Below are positions 14,123-26,706 of a stretch of 64,000 nt of DNA, one piece after another; the stretch's first letter is position 1; every line of letters starts with the position of its first letter. The position numbers were made by a program, and so were the translations under genes. Source of the stretch: Geosiphon pyriformis uo1 (Eukaryota > Fungi > Glomeromycota); contig JAAOMT010000523.1 in the NCBI GenBank assembly GCA_016748015.1, positions 310,001-374,000 of the forward strand. Reading direction: 5' to 3'. The notes under the pieces are model-generated. The model searched no databases. It was not told where the DNA came from and was given only the letters and a program-made list of their open reading frames with translations.

Positions 14123-16765
14123 TTTTTGCTTAAATTATTAATAATTTTTTTAAAAATATTAATTTTTTTTAAATTTTAAAAATTTTGTTTTTAAATTAAG
14201 TATTTACAAATATATAATTATTAAAATATATTAAAAGTAATAAATTATAACAACAATAAATTTAATAATAAAATTAATTGATAATTTTAACTTAGTCAAC
14301 TTAAAATTTAATAAAATTAACTTAAAACTAAATACAAAATTAATATATATAACAACAATAACAAAAACCAAAAAAATTATAATCTTAACATAAAATTTTG
14401 TATTAATAAAGCAAAGTACAAAAATCTAAAATTAATTATAAATTTAAATAAAAACTTAAAAAAAAAAAATTTTTTGTAATTAAAAATCAAATAATCTAAA
14501 TTTTAATATTTAAAACAAAATTAATATTTAAAAGTTTTTAGTTTTTTAGTGTATTAACTTTTATAATAGCAATATTTTAATTAACTTTTAATTAAAAGTA
14601 GCAATTATATATTTTAATATTAATCAAATTTAATAACACAAAAAATAAAACAAACTAATTATGTATTTAAAAAATTAAAAAACTAATTTTAAAAGCTATA
14701 CAATTAGTAAAAAAATCAATCAATTTAAATTTAAAAACATTATATAAAGTAATAATTTTTATTTAATTAAACACTATAAAAATAATAATAATATTTTTTT
14801 TTTAATTAAAGATTTTTTTGTATTTTATAATATATTTAAAATTATATTAATTAACTTTTTTTAACTGTATTGCTTTTGAAATTAAAAATATAATTACTTA
14901 AATATAAATTTAAACTTATTTTGTTTTTTAAATTTAATTAAATGTTATAATAATTTTTAAATTAAAAATATTTTTAATATTTTTAATATTGTTATATTTA
15001 AAATTAATATTTTGAAAAAAATTAAAACTTTTAAATATAAAATATTTTTATAAATATTAAAATCTAGTTTATTTTAAATTTTAATTATAAACCAATTTTT
15101 AGGTTTATAAAAGTTTTTATTAAGTTTTTAAATAAATTTTATTTTTAATTATATGTTAAAATTACTGTTTTTTTAATTTTTTTTATAATATTTCTTAATA
15201 TTATTGTTAAATATAAATTAATTTTTGGAATTTTAATTATATAAATTGTTTTAATTAATTAAATTTGTTATTAACTTATTGATTTTTATTATATTTTTAT
15301 TAATTGCAAAAAAAACTTAATTTAATAATAAATATATAATGTTTTTTAAAAATATAAATTAAAAATATTATTAGTATAATAGTTAATATATTTAAAAAAA
15401 ATTGTTTAATTTTTTATATATTAAAAATAAAAAACAAATAATTTAATAAGTTAAAACTTTTTTTATTTATTATTAGTTTTTTTAAACTTTAAATTTTAAT
15501 ATTATAAAAAAACAATTAAATTATAATTATTAAGAATATTAATTAGCAAAATAAAAACACAAAATTTGTTTTTTTGTTTAATTTAATAAATAAAATAATA
15601 TTTTAAAAAAAACATATATATAAAAATATTATATAATATATTCTTAATAATTATATAAAAATTATATAATAAAAATTATTTAATATTAATTATTTAAAAT
15701 ACATAAAATATAAGATTTATATTACATATTTAGATATAAAAAACTTTATAAAAATAATCATTATAATTAAAAATTGTTTAAACTTATAAAATCTATAAAT
15801 TATTTTTTTAATTTATTTTTTTTACCATTTATTAATTTATTATTAATATAAAAAACTTTTTTTTCTTCTATATTCAAAATTTTTCAAAGAACATTTTTTG
15901 AAAAAGAAGTTTTTTGTTTTTTTTGTTGTTATTTTTTAATATTTCACTAACTAATAACTCTTTTGTTATGAATTTGAAAACTGTTTCAAGCAATAGCATA
16001 ACTAAAAAAAAGGGATAAGATCTAATTCTAATAGTAATGTTTATTTAAACATGGGCAGTAAATTTAATAAAAGTAAGAACAATAGTTTTATGACTGGTAT
16101 ACATAATAAATTTTTTCTGAGTTTTGCTGCTACTATTTCTAAGACAAAAAAGATGAATATTAACTTGGTTTGTAACTTGTTTTTCAGTTCTCTGAATTTT
16201 AAAATAAATAATAAAATTGGCTTTTTTCTATCTTTTCTTGGTATTTTTTTGAACAAAAAATATGTTAATTCAAAAATAGTGAAGATCCCAGTGGAAATAT
16301 CAATCAAAAAATTTTTTGTCTTAAATATTAATCTCTCAGCCATAAAAAACAAATTAGCAATAGCAAAAACTCAATACATTAGGAAAAATTTTTTAACTAT
16401 TAATGATTTTAAAAAGACTACTACTCTTTTAAAATTTGAAAGAATCATTAAATTGACATTTATTTTTGAAAAAAACATGAAAAAAATCACATTATTGGCC
16501 AGAAACAATAGTATTATGATAAACAGCAATCTCAAAAAACAAAAAATTTGCTTAGATTAGACTGTAATAATCAAAAAAATTCCCATAAATACACCAAAAA
16601 AAATAATTATTATTACAGTATCTGAATTTGGCCAGATTAAGTTAATTAAAGTACAATTAATTAGGCTGTGGCAAAAGGCTGTAGTAAAATTTACTAAATT
16701 AGATCAAACTAAGCAGTTAGTTTTTAAATAGTCATTTCTGATTAAAAAAAATTCAGTATATGTAG

Positions 16766-17746
16766 TGTTACTGGAGGTTTTTGGTCTCTTTTCTTCAATA
16801 TTATTAATGTTAATTTGCTGTGAATTTATGTTTCCAGGAAGTAGTTGGACCTCCAGTAACTGAATTTATTCTCAAATTATCTTCTATAATTTGAACTTGC
16901 TGGACTTATAAGTGAAATGGCCAATTCCGTGCCAGTTGCTTTGTGTAATTACATTGTAGTAAACGTCAACTCTTTCCCAAGAATTGCTTGTCTGAAAGCT
17001 TATTAAAAATGTGTAGTTACTTTGCTGTAAAAGTCAACTCTTCTACAGGAATCTTGTCTGTAGGCTACCTTAATAATTATAATGAGAAAATAAAAGAAAA
17101 ATAAAAAAAATGTAAAAGAAATTGAATTCTGTCAAGGGAAACGTTTTTTATCTAGGCCTGGAATCACTAACAGTTTACTGAAATTGGTAGCTAATCAATT
17201 TTAAAACATTAGTTGGGTTTTGGGGATTTTCCAAGTGCAATAATTAAAGAATTTGGTTTTTTGAATTTATTTGATATTTATTTTTTTTTGTGTGTGTAGG
17301 AATGGTTCTAAGTGATAAATCTAAAGTAAGATACATTTTCTTGAAGAGAGAAGCTCTTTTTTTATACAACTTGTCATAACATTATTCCATGAACTTGAAC
17401 TTTGCTCTTTTCTACAATTTTGCTGAACTAAAGATACATTTTGGTAAACTACAAGTTATTTCTGCGAACTATTAAATATTTTGGTGAACTATCAATTATT
17501 TCGGTGAATTTCTACAAATTTTGGCAAACTTTTGAATGTTACATATTTCGGGGTATTGTATGATTGATTATTGCAATTAGGTTATATTTGTGTTATGTAC
17601 AATTTGAATTATTAATTAAATGATAATTTTGGACATTTTGCTAATGTAATAAGTAATAATTTAAAATAATAATATATGTTAATTAATGATAGAAATTATA
17701 AAGATAATTTCATGCTAAATAATATCTCTAATTTCATCTGGTAACA
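16766..17746 (-). repeat. 3' LTR of Gypsy A (981 bp)
   Basis: TGTTAC...GTAACA; adjacent PPT; direct repeat of 35797-36776. Confidence 0.95.
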
Positions 17747-18434
17747 TAACCTCTTCCTCAAGACTGAGCTCCGTCAAAGTCCAAGTACTGTCTGTAATTT
17801 CCAGATAGTAATTCAAGATTACTGAAGAAATTTGGTCTGAAAATTTTTGAAATTCCAGTTCTGTGAGCTTTCCAATGTATTAAATTTTCAAGGATTGAAA
17901 AATTGGGTTTTGTAGAACGTTTTCACAGGTGTGAAATAGGTCATAAAGTCTAAGAGCAGCTCTGAGCTTGTAGCAACTGTTTGTTGGTCCAGCTGTTGTC
18001 TTGAATTCATTGTGGAGTTGTTTCTGAATAGCTTCTTTTGTGAGATTTGCTGTTGTAAGTTCTAGTTTTCATTCGTAGAGTGTTTTTCCAATGTGGAAAT
18101 ATCTATAGATTGGAGAGTATTCAGTGCTTTTCTCATTGAGACACAGTTGAAGTCTTTGTTGAATTGTAGCATTTGGTGGAATACTAATTGGAGTGAGCAT
18201 TAAGTTTTCTCTTAAAGCAAGCTTTAAAAGTTCTGGCAGGTGAATTCCAAAATAACTTCTTGTATTCTTTTTATAAGGGTGATACTTCTGTGAATTTGGA
18301 GCTAAATTTGTGACTATTTCTGTTTAAGTATAATTAATATGGTTTCTAGTAACAGTAATGGATAATTCAGATATTGTTTTTAAAGCTAACATTAGTTTTT
18401 GAGATAATTGTTGAATGTTTTGAGGAATAGTCAT
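17715..18434 (-). pseudogene. Extra ORF3 of Gypsy A downstream of integrase (240 codons, 3 internal stops), function unknown
   Basis: Hand translation MTIPQNIQQLSQK...PIYRYFHIGKTLYE*KLEL...YKLRAALRLYDLFHTCENVLQNP...IGKLTELEF...EEVMLPDEIRDII*. Homologous to 26707-27528. Confidence 0.7.
17747..17759 (-). other. Polypurine tract of Gypsy A
   Basis: Minus strand reads GAGGAAGAGGTTA directly before the 3' LTR TGTTAC. Confidence 0.85.
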
Positions 18435-18582
18435 TATAAGAGATTTGAAATAAAAGAAAATTATTTTTTGGTGTGTGGGTTTTTATGTTATTTTTGTTTT
18501 TCAGTGTGCTTTGTTTTGTTTTTGTTGTGAAATTGTTTCTAAATTATAAAGAAATAACTATAGTAAAATTGAAATTAAGTGT

Positions 18583-21500
18583 TCAAGTTGGGGGTTGTTC
18601 AATGACAACTATTGGTTCTAAGTTTCGGGTAATATCTTCGGGATTGATTAAAGGAGAATGTATACCAATTTGTGGAATTAATAGTTCAGGATTGTTTTTG
18701 GAATTATAGTGTTTCAAATGATCTCCATGTGCAACTTTTGCTAGGATTTTGTCATCAAGTCTTAGCTTGTATGATCTGTTGCCTAGAACTTTATGGATAA
18801 AGAATGGTTTATCCCATTTATTTTCAAATTTTCCACTCCATTGTTTTTCAGCTTTAGTTCTGTGTAAGAGAACTTTGTTTCCAATTTTAAGTTCATTGAT
18901 AACTGAAGGCAATTTGTTGTCATGCCATTCTTTTTGTTGAGCTTGAAAGTGTTCAATATGAGTGGCTGCTATTTGTCATTTTTTTTCTAACATGCTAAGC
19001 AGAGTGTAGGCTTTTCATTGAAGCATTTCCTGGAAATTGTCTTCACTGATTGGTTGTGCTGGATATGTTTCTATTGTTAAACTAATTGGTAATGTTGCTG
19101 TCTTTCCATAAATTAAATCAAATGGTGTATGTTTTGTGGTATCTTGTTTTAGTGTCCTATATGTTAGTAACACTGATAGAATAAAGATATCCCATTTTTG
19201 CTCAAAATCAGTTAAAACTTTGGCTAATGATTTACACAGTGTCCTATTGAAATGTTCTACAAGCCCATTTGTTTGTGGATAGTAGGGCAAAGATAATGGT
19301 CTCTTGACATTAAATTGTTCACAAATTTTCTGGATTAAATTGTTCACAAAATGTGTTCCTTGATCAGATAAAAGTTCTATTGGGCATCCATGTCTACAAA
19401 TGATATCTTCATAGATGAAGTTTGCTACTGATTTTGTATCTGCTTGTTGAATAGTTCTGGTTTCAGGCTATTTGGTGAGATAGTCTACAGCTACTGCAAT
19501 ATAATGGTTTCCTTGGTTTGTGATAGATAGTGGTCCGACTAAATTGATACCAATTCGGTCAAAAGGCTGTTCAACTTTGATTGGGTTTAAAAGTTCTGTA
19601 GGGCAAGTTCCTTCTTTTCTTTGACAACTATTACAAGACTTAATGTATTCATAGATGTCTTTTCTCATTTGAGGCCAAAAGTAATATTTTAGTGTTTGCT
19701 GGGTGGTGCTGTCCTTTCCTAAGTGTGCTAATAAAAGGTCTGAGTGCATGTTATATAAAATGGTTTTTTTTTCATGTTCTTGTATTAATCTGAGTGGATT
19801 GTCTGGGTTTCTGAAGTTTCAATAATAAATCATGTTGTTGTGTAAGAAGTATTGTTTGGCTTGTTGTTGTAACTGATGTTTTTCATCTGGAGACCAATTT
19901 GTTGAGATTGATAATGTCTTCAAATATTGTTTAAGATTGTTGTAGTTTTCAGGGTTCATTGTTTGTTGTTTTGTTGCTATTAATTCAAATGAGTGTTGGT
20001 TTTGTGTTCTAATCTTGTCTCATTCTTGAGAGACAATCAACATTGGTGTAGAGTTTTTCTGGTTTATGGTGTACAATGTATCAGTAGTTGGCTAAAAATT
20101 CTGTCCATTGGGTTTGTTTGGTGTTTAGCTAAGTATTTTTGTTCTGAAGCCATTTGAGTTCAATATTATCAGTGATAATATCGAATTCTTTTGGCCAGAA
20201 ATAAAGGTTGAAATAATGTAGGGCCCAAATTACAGCTGTTATTTCCAATTTAGTAGCAGGATAATTTTTTTTGGCTGGTTTTAATGTTCTGCTGGCATAA
20301 GCAATTACTCGCTCATTTCTATGGTCATCTAATTGTGACAAAATCACACTGAAAACAGTGTAAGAAGCATCTGTGGCTAATCAAAATTGGTTACTGAAGT
20401 CTGAATAGGTGAGAATTGGAGCTGTTGTCAGCTTTTCCTTGAGAATTTCAAAAGCTTTTTGGTGTTCAGTAGTCTATTTATATTCAACATTTTTAGTGAT
20501 GAGCTGGTTGAGGGGTTTTGCAATTTCTGAGAATCCTTTGGTAAACTTCTGATAGTAGAATGCTAATCCAATAAATTCTCTTAGTTCTGTGGTATTTCGA
20601 GGAGTTTTGAAATTTTTGACAGTGTTTATTTTTCCTGGATCAGGTTTGATTCTATTTTTACTAACAATGTGACCAAGAAAGGCCAAACTCGTTTTTCCAA
20701 AGTAGTATTTTTCAATGTTCAGTTTCAATCCTGCTTTCCGTAATCATTGAAAAACTTTTTGCAGGTGTTTTAAGTGTAATTCAAAAGATGGTGAATAAAC
20801 ATCAGTATCATTGAAATAGACAACTACTGATTTCCAAAGAAGGCCTTTGTAAACAACATCTATGAGTCTTTGGAATGTTGCTAGTGCATTGCATAATCCA
20901 AAAAGCATTATGTTGAACTCATAATTTCCTTCTTGAATGGTGAATGCTGTTTTGGGGCGATCTTCGGGATCCATGGCAACTTGCCAGTATCTATTCTCTA
21001 AATCTAATGTCAAAAAGTATTTGGACTTTCCAAGAGCATCTAGCATGTCATCAATTTGAGGAAGAGGGTAGGCATCTCCAATAGTGACACTGTTGAGTTG
21101 TCGATAATCAACACAAAATCGTATCTTTCTATTTTTTTTTTAATTAAGACCACAGGTGAGGCCCATGGACTCATTGATGGTTGAATAAGCCCATTGTTGA
21201 GCATCCGTTGTATTTCTTCATGGATAAATTGGTGACTTTCTGGAGTAACTCAGTAGGCTTGTTGTTGCCTAGGTTTGGCATCTCCTGTGTAGATTTAATG
21301 TTGAACCAAATTGGTTCTTCCTAAGTTATTGTTGTTTTTGGCAAAGATATTGGCAAATTCTGCAATTAGCTCTTTGAACTGGTTTTGTTGTTGTGGTTCA
21401 AGTTGTCCCATGTTGATTTGAGATAGTTTTTCCATAACAACATGGTAGTTTTTGGAGCTGGAGTTTGGGTTGATTTTTGGTAGTGAATGTCCAATAATTT

Positions 21501-23700
21501 CAGAGAAATTGGGGACTGTTTGGAGTAATTCTTGTTGAAAGATATTACTGTGAATAACTCCAATTTCTAAGTTATTTAATAAAACTATGGGGTAATTATT
21601 GGGGTTGTAAAAAGTAACTCGGATTTTCTTTGTTCCTTTTGGAATGTAGATATTTGGGATCAAGATATTATGTTCCAAGCAGATTCATTCATTGGACTTA
21701 AAAATTTGTTGGGTGATTGTTGGCTTTGGGCAGGTATAGATTTTGGAGTGTTCTTTAAAAGATGAAATAGTAATTGGTTGGAGAAGGCATAAAATCTGGT
21801 GAGACTCATTCTGTTTATTGAGAGCTATGTTTACTGGAACTGTGAATCGTCTAGTTGAACCAAAACCTTGTGTTCCTCTTTTGCTTTTTCCCAATTGTTC
21901 TCTTTGATTGACTAACTGTAAACCCGAAATGTTGATTAAGGGTAAATAGATAGCTTAAGCAATTTTTTCGGCATGTTCAATTTTGAAAGGTTTATTGGTT
22001 TCATTTTGGAGTATTACTGTTATATTACCAGTATATTCAGCATCGATTATTCCTCCTCTGACATTGATTCTTTTGCTTGCCAGAGAGGACCAGGAGGCAA
22101 TTTGAACTATTGCTCCTGGCGGAATTTCGAGAGCAATTTTGAGGTTGATTTTTGTGAGAGATTTGGGTTTGAGAACAAGAGTATTCTTGTCTGGATTATT
22201 TAGGTCATATCCAGCATCAATTTCATGTGCTTTTTCAGGTTTTATTCCTTGTCCATTGTTGTTGAAGTATTTGAGTTGTAAGGCAGGCTGATTTTTGATG
22301 AAATAGATGAGTGTTGTTTCAATTTCTTCTGTTGCTTCAGGTTCTCCAAATTCAATTTTGTTTTCATTGTTTTCACTAAGCAGAAGAATGCTAAGAGCAT
22401 AGCATTCAGGGCACCATTGTTCATTGCAAGGCATTATGCATTCTTCACACAATTTAATGTTCATTTGCTCTAGCCATTGGGCTTGAGCTTCTTTGGTCGG
22501 GTAAGTGTGACTGGCAATTTGGTAATATATTTTTACTTCATCTTTGTAATTGTATCCAGTGATTTCAAAGGTGCATGCAATATATTCTGATTCTTTTATT
22601 TGACGAACATTTTCTTGAGTGGCTCCATTGATTAAAGTCATTGCTAGATTAAAAATCATTTTGGCATTGTGAGGGTAATGATACAGTTTGTTGAGGGCGC
22701 TATTGTAAGCAGTATTGAAAGAGGTTTCTCTTGTTACTTTTTCTGAAATTAAAAGGGCATATTGACATGTTTGATAACAGACTTCTCCTTTGAATGCAAC
22801 ATCAATCCAGTTACATTCATCAGGTAATTGTTTTTCACAAGTAAACAGGGCATTCTATTCCATTTTTCACTTCTTTTGACTAGGTGTCCTCATCGTTGTC
22901 AGTGGCAGGATTTGCAATAGTAACAGATATGGTTTCTGTATTCTTCCTCGGGTGAAATACAAGCTCTCATTAATGAGAGTTTCTTGTGGCAATCTTTGTA
23001 TTTGAGTGGAATGTAAGGGCATTGTTTTTGTGGTTCTGGTTTTGAATAGGGGACATTCCATCTGGGTATTACTGGTTTTTTTGTTTCAAAAGAATTGTTT
23101 GTTGAAAAATACTGTTGTTCAGTTTCATCAGCCCAATTGGAGGTTGATCCAAGTGCCATAAATGTTTCAATGATGGGTTTTTCTTTTTCTGGTTCGAATT
23201 CAAAAGCCAGGGCTTTTTCGGAATGTTTGTTGAATGTACCACAAGTGGCAGGTACCTGGGCATGTTGTCCTTAGTAAGAGATTGTTAACTCTTATGTCTC
23301 CCAATTCAGATTAGCATTGGCTTTTTAAAGCCAATTGTTTCTGACAAGAGCTTGGTATTAAGAAGCATCCATGACCAGAACTTTAATTAGAATGGTGATT
23401 CCATCAATTGTGAATGGGAAGTTGTCAATTTCTTCTACTGGAGTCTTTTTCATGCCATCAGCAGTGACAATGATTGTCTGAGCTGGTCGGTCAACATTCT
23501 TTTTTAGCTACTGCATTAATTGATATGTGATAATGCTTCTGGCGAATTCACTATCTAAGATTAAGCAAATTGGCTTTCCTTCTGCTTCAGCTTCTGTGTA
23601 CATTGCAGTGATGGCTTTTTGCTTGTTAGCTGCTGCATTGCTAAGCAAAAATGGTGATTTGTTTGCTTCAAATTCGAAAAGGAATATATCTAAAAGGTTG
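18583..23700 (-). pseudogene. Gypsy A pol: protease, Cys-rich domain, dUTPase, RT, RNase H, integrase
   Basis: ORF fragments 23508-23960 (PR), 21955-22659 (dUTPase), 20744-21046 and 20474-20728 (RT), 20129-20347 (RH), 19468-19749 (IN HHCC), 19015-19347 (YYPQTNGLVE), 18583-18912 (GPF-like motif). Confidence 0.92.
21850..22270 (-). pseudogene. dUTPase domain in Gypsy A pol
   Basis: Trimeric dUTPase motifs: AGYDL (I), ASWSSLA (II, RSS), GGIIDAEYTG (III), KIA*AI (IV), RGTQGFGST (V). Confidence 0.93.
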
Positions 23701-23959
23701 GCATTTTCAGCAATTCTGGCTGATGGGATTATGGTAGAAGTATAGAAAAGATTTTGTTGTTGTGCTGCAGCTCTATCTTCTGAGAGTGCAGTATGGCGAA
23801 AATCCTGTTCTTCTGGCATCATAAGATAACTAGGTTGAGTATGATAGTGGTTGGATCTTGGTTGAGCTGAATTTCGGGGAACCAATTGGTTGTTCGAATT
23901 AATTCTATTGTTGTTTACTTGGTATTGGTTTTGTGGTGTAAACTGATTTTGCGGAATCA

Positions 23960-25630
23960 ATCTTCAAGCAGGCACTTGATAATGTTGTGTGGGTGGTTGT
24001 TGGTATTGCTGTTAAATTGGCTGTGGAGTGGGCTGATAATAGTTACTTTGGTATTGGGGTCTTGGTAGATAGTAAGCTGGTGGTGGTGGTTGATAATAAG
24101 ATTGCTGTGGTGGAGGGTAATGTTGATTACTCCTATTTTGTTGGTCTTATTGTAGCTTTCTGCAATCTCTTTTCCAGTGGCCAGGAATTCCACAGTAATA
24201 GCAATTCTGAGGCTGGTTATTAGAAAGTAGTACAAAGTTATTTTGATTTTGTCTTTGGGGTGGTTAATATCTTTGGGATTGTTGTTGTTGTTGTTGGTTG
24301 GTGAAGTAGTTTTCAACTTTCTTGGTTAATTGGTCAATCTTTTCTTCAGCTGCTGAGCTGGTTTCTCCAATAGCCAGATTAACAAGTTTGGTATGGTTGG
24401 CTTTTTCCATGGCCATTTCATAGTTTTTTGCCTGTTGAATAGTAGTGGCTAAATCTTCTGGTGCATGTGGGCAAACTTTCTTGATAAGTTTGTCTTTTAG
24501 TCCAGCAATGAATTGATCCAAGATTTGTGCATTGGAGTAGTATTCATTGGTTTCCAATTGCCGAATTTTTCTAAGCAGTTTGTTGAATTTCCCAAGATAG
24601 GTCATAACTGATTTACTTGGTTCTTGCTTGATATTTCGGAACCAATTTTGAAGAGTAATGGAAGTGTTATTGTCAGTGAACTGTTCTAGAAAAGCAGTTT
24701 TAAATGCTTCCCAGTATTCTGGTAGAGCTTCCAAGTTTTCAAACCATTCATCAGCCATTCCTTGTAGGAAGTATGGAATTGCTTTTAACATTCTGGCAGT
24801 GTTCCAACCATTTGTATCTCCTGTTTTTGAGACTTTGTCAAGCCATTTTTGAGGACTGGTTTTGCTGTCTTCTCCTGTGAACTCAGGAATTTTTGCAATA
24901 TATGTGGAGGCCATTTCTTCTTTGTTTTCTGAGTCTTCTGTTTCTTGTTCTGATTTGGTCTCTTCACTTCGATTTTCTGTTAAGTAGTCAATAAGGTTTG
25001 TGCTGGTTAATATTGGTTTCTGTTGTTGAATAGAGCTTTTGGATGACTGGAAATCTTCTATTCTTGAAAACCGAATAAGTAGTGAACTTGGTGTTTGTGG
25101 TTGAGCAAGTGAAGCTGGAAATGGTGTGATTGAGAGTGGTAATTTAAAGCTGGTTCCTTGTTCTGGAGTTTGTAAATGTTTGGCAGTGGTTTTAGGTGTA
25201 TTGGGAGTAGTTCTGAGTTTTTGTTTTTTTTTTCCTTTTCCTTCTTCTGTTTCCGATTTAAAACTAAGAGAAAATTTCTGTTCTACTGGGTAATTCTCTT
25301 CACAATACTGAATGATATTGAAGTTGAGTTCTTGGAAATATGTTTCAAGTGTTTGACTGTTAAAATCTTGAGTGTTTAGATGAGAGTGATGTACTAAGCT
25401 TTCATATAAGTTGTGTCTAACTTCTGAAATGTTGTAGTCTCCAAAAAGATAATTGTTGATGTGATTTTCAATGTACTGATAAAGTGTTTTTTTGAATGTT
25501 TCAATTCCATTTGGGATGTTAAATCTCTGCTTGCAGTGAATGTAGATTGACTGATAATACTCTAGAGTTCTTGAATCTGTTTGAGTTGCCACTTTTGAAT
25601 TTATTGTTGCTGTGTTATTTCTGTAAGAGA
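23960..25630 (-). pseudogene. Gypsy A gag
   Basis: 456-aa ORF with retrotransposon capsid-like region (IPEFTGED, LQGMADEWF, FIAGL). The CCHC knuckle at about 24160-24205 is in the same frame after one stop. Confidence 0.9.
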
Positions 25631-25634
25631 GCAC

Positions 25635-26706
25635 TGTTACAGGTAAACTTGGTGGGTATGGGAAATGGTAATGTTTGGTGCTCTCAATTATTGATGATGT
25701 ATCTTCCGCGTAATTCTGTTGGCTTAGTCTTGATTATTAATCTCTGAAGGTCTATTCCTGGATGTAAATTTACCTGTCGAGTTCTTTGGTTATAAGGCAC
25801 AAAGTTTGTCTTTTGTCGATTGCAATGTTTTTTGTAAATGTGAGCTCTCTTTTCCGAGCTAACAAGCACAGTTATTAGGATCTGGCATTGTCTTTTTACC
25901 CTTCTGGTAAGTTAACAAGATAAAGTTAATATCCAAAACTTAGAAAGAGCTTCCCTCTTTTACCAGGCTATCACGAAGTCTATTCCTAGACAGTTGATTT
26001 TACTATGTTGCTGCTCCACAAAAATAAAACAGAAAAAAAAAAGGAAAGAAAAAAAAAGAGAAAAAAGATAAATTAGTATTGTCAATTGCCATAATTAAGA
26101 GCGATTAGTCCAAATCGTTAATAGGTTCGAGACGGTTATGCTAAGAGCATCTGTTCTAGAACGGAGGCACGAAACAAGAGTTAATTCACGTAAATTCTAC
26201 AAAGTTCAAGAACATAAATTCGTGATTCTGATTTCTTTAATAATTGGTTTATTTCAGGAGATGAAATAGGGAAGATAATAAAAGATGAAGGGGTATGGAT
26301 ATTTTAGTTCTTGTCTAAAGGTTTGTATCTATCTGTTTGTCTTTTCTCACTTCTATAACTACTTGCTTTTATACATTCTTTTGGTTTTACAGAATTGCTT
26401 TCAATTGTCTTGCTATTGCTAGCTATTGTTTTGTTGTTTCTGTTATTGCTTCGTTTTTCTATGTTATTACTAGTTATTCTATGTTATAACACATTATCTG
26501 ATGTTATTACATGTTATTTTGTGTTATCCTGTATTATAACACATTATTCTATGTTATTGCCACGCTATTCTGTATTATCCTGCATTATAACATGTTATCC
26601 TATGTTATAACGCATTATCCAATGTTATTGCACATTATTCTGTGTTATGTCATGTTTTGGTCACGTTTCTTTATAACTTTGGATTGGTTTTTCTACTCGG
26701 ATAACA
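25635..26706 (-). repeat. 3' LTR of Gypsy B (1072 bp)
   Basis: TGTTAC...ATAACA (mutated GTAACA); direct repeat of 34707-35788; PPT at 26707-26722. Confidence 0.95.

Noticed and set aside
14130-15850. Extremely AT-rich tracts (also 46750-49430, 50700-51950, 59140-60600) as organellar insertions or centromeric satellite
   Set aside because: No organellar genes or periodic unit are visible. They are best explained as end-stage decayed repeats, though the source cannot be identified.
16870-17070. Long (about 100 codon) ORF within LTR-A in frame with the PBS
   Set aside because: Several stop codons are shared by all three LTR copies, so they were probably present in the active element.
18583-18700. 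Chromodomain at the integrase C-terminus
   Set aside because: Both integrases end shortly after the GPF-like motif with a short (L)EPI(V/I)(V/I)I tail and no aromatic-cage motif.
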